From positions 1 to 32,483 of the forward strand of contig JAQYVG010000001.1 of assembly GCA_030145595.1 (NCBI GenBank): a DNA stretch of 32,483 bases, read 5' to 3'. How positions within the stretch are numbered: the stretch's first letter is position 1; each line of letters starts with the position of its first letter. This DNA comes from Desulfobacterales bacterium. Its GTDB lineage: Bacteria; Desulfobacterota; Desulfobacteria; Desulfobacterales; UBA11574. The notes under the pieces were generated by a model, which was given only the letters and a program-made list of their open reading frames with translations, was not told where the DNA came from and searched no databases. Positions 26,251 to 32,483 of this stretch are shown in pieces. A program made the position numbers and the translations under genes.

Positions 26251-28272
26251 CTATAAGTTCGGGCTGTGCAGTTGATAAAGCCTGAAATAAAACCCCTGGC
26301 GCTGCATCAGTTCGTCGTGAGTCCCGGTTTCGATAATCCGGCCTCTGTTGAGCACCATAATACGGTCGGCTCCCCGGGCGGTTGAAAGACGATGGGCAAC
26401 GATGATGGATGTGCGGTTGGCCATCAGGTTAGAAAGAGCTTTCTGGATTTTAAGTTCTGTGGACGAATCGATATATGAGGTGGCTTCGTCCAGTATAATA
26501 AGATCGGGGTTGCGGGCCAAGGCCCGCGCAATCGATATGAGCTGGCGTTCTCCGCTTGAAATTGACATTCCGCCTTCGGCAAGAACGGTATCAAGACCGC
26601 GGGGCAATCTGTCGATGAGGGTATTGCAGTTTGAGTCCTTGATCAGCTGCTGCATATTTTTTCCCAAAATGCCGTCTTTGCCCAGGGTAATATTGTCACG
26701 TACAGTTTCGGAAAACAGAAAAGGATCCTGCATAACCAGGGCCATTTTCTCCCTTAATTGAAAAGTGTGTATCTTTTTGATATCTATGCCGTTTACAAGC
26801 ACCTGGCCTGATGTGGGATCATAAAACCGGGTAATGAGGTTGATAATCGATGTTTTCCCCGAGCCGGTCGGTCCCACCAAAGCAACAGTTTCGCCGGCTG
26901 AAACTTTAAAAGAGACCCGTTTAAGTACGGTTTCACCTTTTATATATGCAAGGGAAACATCTTTTAAAGCAATTTGGGTAATGTTATCCAGCGCACTTGT
27001 AAAAGTTTGGGTTTTAAGGCCGGATGTTGATCCGCGCTCGACTGTCGATACAGGCTGCGGAAGCCTTTCAGTACTGTCCAAAATTAAAAAAATTCTTTCA
27101 GCCGATGCCATGGCATTTTGCATGATATTATATTTTTCGGCGAGGTCTCGAATGGGCCTGAAAAACATTCTCATATAGGAAATAAAGGCAACCAGCGCTC
27201 CGAGGCTGATACTGCCGGTCATCACTTTGCCGCCGCCGTAATAGATTACGATCGCTATGGTTACCGCGCCCAGAAGTTCTATAACCGGCATAAAGACAGC
27301 AAAAACATGGACCTGTCGCATACCGGCCAGATAATGTTCATGATTCAGTTTGGAAAAATCCCGGTAATTCTCCTTTTCCTGCAAAAAGAGCTGGATAACC
27401 TTTAGGCCGCCGATGGTTTCCGAAAACTTGGTATTAATCTCGGCAATCTTGATCCTGAGAACTCTGAAAGCTTCCCGGGCCTGGCCGGCAAAATGGATGG
27501 ACGCCAGCAGCACAACCGGGAGCACCATAAAAGAAATAAGTGTCAGTTGCCAGTTGATGCCTAAAAGAACAGCGGTGATTCCTAAAAGCAAAAAAAGATC
27601 CTTGAAAATAAATACAATCACGGATGTGAACAGTTCGTGCATGTTTTGAATATCATTGGTGACCCGGGTGACGAGACGGCCCACGGGATTACGGGTAAAA
27701 AATGCCACCGACAGGCTCTGGATATGCTCAAACAGGCGAACCCTCAGATTATGCATGATCATCTGCCCCACATATTCCATCACCATAACCTGCACAAAGT
27801 TGAGAACAAACGTCACCAGCACAATCACGAGAAAATAAGCGGCAATCATGCTGACCCCGGCCAGGTCGCTACGGCGCAGCACAGCCAGTTCTTTTTTTTC
27901 CAATTGCTCAAGATCGTCTAATTTAACGAGGGCAAATGATTCGTATCTTTTGAAGATGTCTGCATTTTTTTGGACAATAGCCTCAACTTTGGCATCCGCC
28001 AGATCAGCCCGCAGGTATCTGACGTTACTATCAGCCACATCCCGACCAAGACCTTGCACGGATTCTGCCTGCGGCACGATATAGCGGTCGATTGCAATCT
28101 TGGTGAGATACGGCAGAGAAAGGTCCAGCAGGGTGATAACAACCATGAGAACAATTGATAAGCCCAGGAGCAGTTTGTAAGGCCTCGCATACGGATACAG
28201 GCGCTTTAACAATTTTACATCATAAGGCTTGCCAAGCTGCTTTTCCTCAAAATATCCAAAATCAGTGCGCAT
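26251..28272 (-). CDS. ABC exporter, fused TMD-NBD (MdlB/YheH-like subunit)
   Basis: 6-TM domain, Walker A GPTGSGKT, variant signature ISSGERQL, Walker B IILDEAT, AHRLS. Confidence 0.93.
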   Translation of the reverse strand: MRTDFGYFEEKQLGKPYDVKLLKRLYPYARPYKLLLGLSIVLMVVITLLDLSLPYLTKIAIDRYIVPQAESVQGLGRDVADSNVRYLRADLADAKVEAIVQKNADIFKRYESFALVKLDDLEQLEKKELAVLRRSDLAGVSMIAAYFLVIVLVTFVLNFVQVMVMEYVGQMIMHNLRVRLFEHIQSLSVAFFTRNPVGRLVTRVTNDIQNMHELFTSVIVFIFKDLFLLLGITAVLLGINWQLTLISFMVLPVVLLASIHFAGQAREAFRVLRIKIAEINTKFSETIGGLKVIQLFLQEKENYRDFSKLNHEHYLAGMRQVHVFAVFMPVIELLGAVTIAIVIYYGGGKVMTGSISLGALVAFISYMRMFFRPIRDLAEKYNIMQNAMASAERIFLILDSTERLPQPVSTVERGSTSGLKTQTFTSALDNITQIALKDVSLAYIKGETVLKRVSFKVSAGETVALVGPTGSGKTSIINLITRFYDPTSGQVLVNGIDIKKIHTFQLREKMALVMQDPFLFSETVRDNITLGKDGILGKNMQQLIKDSNCNTLIDRLPRGLDTVLAEGGMSISSGERQLISIARALARNPDLIILDEATSYIDSSTELKIQKALSNLMANRTSIIVAHRLSTARGADRIMVLNRGRIIETGTHDELMQRQGFYFRLYQLHSPNL

Positions 28273-30022
28273 TAATAAATTCCTCCTCTATTTCCTGGAG
28301 GCGAAATATTTTGGCATAGTACTGATTGTTTGCCATCAATTGAGTATGCGTTCCGGATTCCACAATACGCCCCCTGTCAAGGGCGATGATATGATCGGCA
28401 AAACGGACTGCAGAAATTCGATGGGAGGCAATAATAATGGTTCTGTTGTCGGCCATGGATCTGACGGTCGTGATAATGTCACGGCCGGTTTCCATATCCA
28501 CCTGGCTGATGGGGTCGTCCAGGATCACAATGCCGGCCTCATTCAGCAGGGCACGGGCCAGGGCAACACGCTGTTTCTGTCCACCGGAAAGAATGACTCC
28601 CTTTTCGCCGACAATGGTATCAAAGCCTTCGGGAAATGATTGGATGGTATCATAAAGGACTGCTCTTTGGGTCGACTGTATTAATTCCACCTCTTTTGCA
28701 TCAGCACCGAAGGTAATGTTTTCCCGGATGGTGCCGGCAAATAAAAAAGGCTCCTGTGACATGAAAGCGATCAGGGATCTGAGATCGGCCAGCTGTATTT
28801 TTCGAATGTCGATGCCGTCTATCAGAATGCGCCCCTGTGAGACATCATAAATCCTCGGTATGAGACTCAAAAGGGTTGTTTTACCGCTTCCGGGAGGACC
28901 AACGACACCTAAAATCTTGCCATGGTCGAGGTTAATATCGATTGCAGTTAAAACCTGGGTAGTGTCAGAAACGGCAGCTTCGAGCCCATATGAGAAGGCG
29001 ACATTTTCAAAAACAAGTCCGCCGCGGGTCTTTTTGATGGGCTTTGCGTCCGGCATATCGTCAATTTCAGGTTCTGTTTTTATAATCTTATCGATCCTGT
29101 CAAGAGAAGCTTTACCCCGCTGGATAAGGTTCGTGACCCAGCCGATGGCCATCATGGGCCAGGTTAGAAGACCCAGATAAGCGATAAACGCCACAAAATC
29201 TCCGGGGGTGATGGTAAAATCGATGGTTTGACGTCCCCCCAGAAAAAGAATGATGACCAGGCTTAAGTTTGAAAGCAACACCATCAGGGGGAAAAAAGAG
29301 CCGGTAACCCTGACCAGCTTCAGATTTTTATCGATATAATCCCTTGATTTGGTTTCAAGTCTTGCAGCAGAATCTTTTTCCCGGCAATATGCCTTTATGA
29401 CGCGGATACCTGCAAACCGCTCTCTGGTAACCTCGGTTAAATCTGAAAATGCCTTTTGTACCTCCCCATACATGCGGTGCATCTTTTTACTGAAAAACCG
29501 TGCGCTCACAACGATCAAAGGCATGGGTATGAGAACAAAAACCGTCAGCCTGATATTGATATAGGCCATAAAACCGATTGCTGCCGTCCCTAACACAATA
29601 GCGTCGGTTAGCGCCACCATACCCATACCGGTAGCCATACGAACATGTTGAATATCATTGGTGGCATGCGCCATCAGGTCGCCGGTTTTGGTTTTATCGA
29701 AATATGGGGCCGAAAGGGTTTGAATATGCGCAAAAAGTCTGTTGCGCAGGCCCTCTTCGACCCGGCGCGATGTGCCCATGAGGCAACGTCGCCATACGTA
29801 TCGGAAAAGACCTATCAGGACGGCAATCCCTACGATATAAAGGGCATAGGCTAACAGTTTCATCAGGTCGGTTTGCAGGGCGGCAAGATCGTCAATAGCC
29901 CATTTGATGACGCGGGGGATGAAAAGCTGCAGGAAATCGACGGTGATCAGACAGATGATTCCCAGGACAATCCGTAATCGGTTTTCCTGAAGATACGGTT
30001 TTATTAAATAAAAGGATTTCAT
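28262..30022 (-). CDS. ABC exporter, fused TMD-NBD (MdlA/YheI-like subunit)
   Basis: Walker A GPPGSGKT, LSGGQKQR, degenerate Walker B VILDDP, SHR; overlaps partner gene by 11 bp, consistent with a heterodimer. Confidence 0.93.
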   Translation of the reverse strand: MKSFYLIKPYLQENRLRIVLGIICLITVDFLQLFIPRVIKWAIDDLAALQTDLMKLLAYALYIVGIAVLIGLFRYVWRRCLMGTSRRVEEGLRNRLFAHIQTLSAPYFDKTKTGDLMAHATNDIQHVRMATGMGMVALTDAIVLGTAAIGFMAYINIRLTVFVLIPMPLIVVSARFFSKKMHRMYGEVQKAFSDLTEVTRERFAGIRVIKAYCREKDSAARLETKSRDYIDKNLKLVRVTGSFFPLMVLLSNLSLVIILFLGGRQTIDFTITPGDFVAFIAYLGLLTWPMMAIGWVTNLIQRGKASLDRIDKIIKTEPEIDDMPDAKPIKKTRGGLVFENVAFSYGLEAAVSDTTQVLTAIDINLDHGKILGVVGPPGSGKTTLLSLIPRIYDVSQGRILIDGIDIRKIQLADLRSLIAFMSQEPFLFAGTIRENITFGADAKEVELIQSTQRAVLYDTIQSFPEGFDTIVGEKGVILSGGQKQRVALARALLNEAGIVILDDPISQVDMETGRDIITTVRSMADNRTIIIASHRISAVRFADHIIALDRGRIVESGTHTQLMANNQYYAKIFRLQEIEEEFINAH

Positions 30023-30067
30023 AAAGTTATATAATTATCGCAATTGAAAGCAACTTTTTCCCGTACA

Positions 30068-30096
30068 TTGACTTTCACAATGGCGGTTGTTATGAT
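30068..30096 (+). promoter_or_regulatory. Putative sigma70 promoter of RNB gene
   Basis: TTGACT (30068-30073), 17-bp spacer ending TGT, TATGAT (30091-30096). Confidence 0.65.
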
Positions 30097-30104
30097 GTCG
30101 GGTT

Positions 30105-32090
30105 ATGGAACCAGGAAATATTGTTGAATACATAGACCGCCAGAAAATAATATGCGCGGTTGTCCTGGAAGTCAAGAAACAGAGACTCAGGCTGCTTGCC
30201 GAAACCAATCGGGAAGTCAACCTTTCGCAAAGCCGCCTGTCTCACAAATGTAATCTGCGTATTGAGCTTTCCATGGGCAGAACCCGGATTGTCGATAGGT
30301 TAAATGAAATCGCAAACCGGCGTAAAGCTTTAAGTGCCGATGTTGATGTCAAAGAGTTGTGGGAAGTTCTGAATACGGAGCAGGAATGGATCGACCTTGA
30401 AACCATGACCGCATTCTGTTTCCCGAACAGTCCGACTTATGACCACGAATCCGCTGTAATAAGAGCATTTTTTGAAAACAGACTCTTTTTTAAGTTTAAC
30501 CAGAATAGCTTTTTCCCGATTTCAGAAGAACTGCTCCAGCGCAAAGTTGCCCAGCAGAAAGAAGCCGCCCGCAGAAGCCGGCTCATCGCCGAGGGAAGCG
30601 ATTGGTTAACAAACATACTGGTAGGCAATCAGGTAGACTTGCTCCAGGATAAGTCTGAAATTATAACCATACTGAAATCATATTATATTTTTGAAAAGGA
30701 AAGCGAGCATTATAACATTGGCAAAGCCATTCTGGCCGGGGCCGGAATCGATGCTGCCGAAGGCTTGTTTCAGATCCTGGTAAAACTGGGAGTCTTTGAC
30801 AAAAATGAAAACATCGATCTATATCGATACAATATGCCCACTGTTTTTTCCGACGAGGTTACAGAGAGCACGACCAAACTGATCAACTTGAAGTCGCCGG
30901 CGTTTGCCGGCAACAGTCGTAAAGACCTGACCATGCTGCCCATCATGACCATAGACGGCCAGGGAACCCTTGATTATGATGATGCTATCAGTATCGAAGA
31001 TAAAGGTGATCATTACAGACTAGGTATTCATATTGTTGATGTGGGGCATTATATCAAAAAAGGGGATCTGATTGATCGGGAGGCTTTTGCGCGCGGAAGT
31101 TCCATTTATATGCCGGATCAGAAAATACCCATGCTGCCCTCCGGCCTGGCTGAAGATCTTTGCAGTCTGAGAGCCGGGGAATTGCGTCCTGCCGTCAGTA
31201 TCATGGTAAATTTAAGGCGGTATTTCGAAATCATCGATTATGAAATTTTCGCGAGCATTATCAGGGTAAAGGACCAGTGTACCTATTACGATGTCAATCT
31301 GATGGCATCCGATAATAACAAAATCATTATCTTGCGCGATATTGCCGAATCGTTCCGCCAAAAAAGGTTTGAAGGTGGTGCCGTTCAAATAAACCTGCCG
31401 GAGATCCATGTCTGGATCAATGAAGACGGTGAAGCCACTATAAGCCGCATTAACAGGGAAAGCCCCGGAAGAATGCTGGTTGCGGAAATAATGATCATGG
31501 CCAACTGGTTGATGGCCAAATTCCTTAAAGCAAATGATGTGCCGGCCGTTTACCGGTCTCAAAAGGCTCCCAGGGAACGCCTCTATAAGGGCAATGAGGG
31601 CACTATTTTTGAAAACTATATGCAGCGCAGGTTTCTAAGCCGTTTTGTGCTGAACCACCGGCCCGAACATCATTCCGGATTGGGGCTGAATGCCTATGTC
31701 ACGGCTACTTCTCCCATCCGGAAATATTTTGATCTTGCCACCCAGCGGCAGATAAGGGCGATTCTCGGTCTGGAAGAGCCTTATACCAAAGAAGAGATTG
31801 ATCATATCATCCAAATGCTGGGCCAACCGATGGGCGATGTGTCAAGGATTCAATACAGCCGCAACAGATACTGGTTGTTGAAGTACCTTGAAAAAAGAAT
31901 CGGCCAAAAAGAAGAGGCCATTGTCTTGTTTAAACGTAGAAGCAACTACAGGATACTGCTGACGGAATATGTTCTGGAATGTGATCTGGCGCAGTCGAGC
32001 GGCATAAGTTTAAAACCCGAAGACCTGATTCAGGTTACCCTGCAGCATGCCGACGCGCGCAAAGATGTGGTTTCGGTATTTATGGGCTAA
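30105..32090 (+). CDS. RNB-domain exoribonuclease (RNase II/R family)
   Basis: Catalytic TIDGQGTLDYDDAIS, GIHIVDV, RGSSIYMPD..IPMLP, VAEIMIMAN, HSGLGLNAYVTATSPIRKYFDL. Confidence 0.92.
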   Translation: MEPGNIVEYIDRQKIICAVVLEVKKQRLRLLAETNREVNLSQSRLSHKCNLRIELSMGRTRIVDRLNEIANRRKALSADVDVKELWEVLNTEQEWIDLETMTAFCFPNSPTYDHESAVIRAFFENRLFFKFNQNSFFPISEELLQRKVAQQKEAARRSRLIAEGSDWLTNILVGNQVDLLQDKSEIITILKSYYIFEKESEHYNIGKAILAGAGIDAAEGLFQILVKLGVFDKNENIDLYRYNMPTVFSDEVTESTTKLINLKSPAFAGNSRKDLTMLPIMTIDGQGTLDYDDAISIEDKGDHYRLGIHIVDVGHYIKKGDLIDREAFARGSSIYMPDQKIPMLPSGLAEDLCSLRAGELRPAVSIMVNLRRYFEIIDYEIFASIIRVKDQCTYYDVNLMASDNNKIIILRDIAESFRQKRFEGGAVQINLPEIHVWINEDGEATISRINRESPGRMLVAEIMIMANWLMAKFLKANDVPAVYRSQKAPRERLYKGNEGTIFENYMQRRFLSRFVLNHRPEHHSGLGLNAYVTATSPIRKYFDLATQRQIRAILGLEEPYTKEEIDHIIQMLGQPMGDVSRIQYSRNRYWLLKYLEKRIGQKEEAIVLFKRRSNYRILLTEYVLECDLAQSSGISLKPEDLIQVTLQHADARKDVVSVFMG

Positions 32091-32133
32091 ATTTCTCCTT
32101 AATTCAAATTCTCTTCCAATAGATATAATTAAA

Positions 32134-32483
32134 TTTGGATCATCTCCAAAAGAGTTGGAGTAATCCTAAGGATTCAAGGGTCCAAGGATCCAAGGGTTCG
32201 AGTGAAATACTTTAAAATATCTATGCCTTAAAAGTTTTGCCGAAGTTGTATAGGCTATGTTTGCATCTATATAAAAAAACGAATTACAAATGTATCCTCT
32301 GAAGAAGAAAGGTTCAATTTAAAATTACAGAAAAGAAGGGCTGTCGCGGACATTTTATCAAGTATAGCAAAAGTTGAAAGGATGCTCAAAACGATGATAA
32401 AATCGATTGAAAGCAAACACTTGAACCCTTGACCCCTTGAATCCTTGGACCCTCTTCTCCAACTAAATTGGAGAAGAACCAAA
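32134..32483. mobile_element. Inverted-repeat-bounded element with octamer arrays enclosing a decayed four-helix-bundle gene (may continue past window end)
   Basis: Outer IR TTTGGATCATCTCCAAAAGAGTTGGAG (32134-32160) vs CTCCAACTAAATTGGAGAAGAACCAAA (32457-32483); left octamers AAGGATTC AAGGGTCC AAGGATCC AAGGGTTC; right CACTTGAA CCCTTGAC CCCTTGAA TCCTTGGA. Confidence 0.7.
32207..32432 (+). pseudogene. Four-helix-bundle protein (23S rRNA IVP / bAvd-like family) pseudogene
   Basis: One frame reads IL*NIYALKVLPKLYRLCLHLYK; after a frameshift in the A7 run it reads RITNVSSEEERFNLKLQKRRAVADILSSIAKVERMLKTMIKSIESKHLNP*. This resembles the family pattern (L.VWQK...L...IY..T..FP.EE.Y.L..Q.RR...SI.SNIAEG) with the middle deleted. 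Confidence 0.7.

Noticed and set aside
32267-32482. 71-aa minus-strand ORF at the window end
   Set aside because: Antisense shadow of the four-helix-bundle pseudogene and its repeats
32134-32483. Diversity-generating retroelement suggested by the bAvd-like remnant
   Set aside because: No reverse transcriptase and no TR/VR pair seen in the window
1-32483. CRISPR array, tRNA, rRNA or intact transposase
   Set aside because: No regularly spaced 23-47-bp repeats with unique spacers, no cloverleaf or rRNA sequence, and no transposase ORF recognised

Overview
Chromosomal segment of a dissimilatory sulfate-reducing bacterium, probably Desulfobacterota/Desulfobacterales-like (inferred from the AprBA, QmoABC, Sat and Fhs sequences). 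The left half carries aprBA-qmoABC on the + strand and a convergent sat, separated by an AT-richer two-gene signalling cassette (HDOD-GAF histidine kinase and REC-PAS-HK-REC hybrid). The rest is housekeeping or accessory: a small RHH/Zn-ribbon-like protein divergent from sat, a cold-shock protein, a membrane protein, a GT4 glycosyltransferase, a DUF362 Fe-S protein, a TPR protein, an amidohydrolase, trmL, fhs, a heterodimeric ABC exporter and an RNB ribonuclease. The most interesting signals are non-coding. (1) Tandem NrdR-box-like palindromes spaced 30-32 bp apart lie upstream of aprBA, in the sat divergent region and upstream of the GT4 gene. (2) A candidate ~95-nt sRNA downstream of qmoC is complementary to the aprB SD and start codon. 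(3) Many intergenic cassettes are built from inverted arrays of 7/8/10-mer tandem repeats; one still encloses a decayed four-helix-bundle (IVP/bAvd-like) gene, and several nested MITE/REP-like elements occur alongside. All family assignments are by eye from motifs; no database searches were run.
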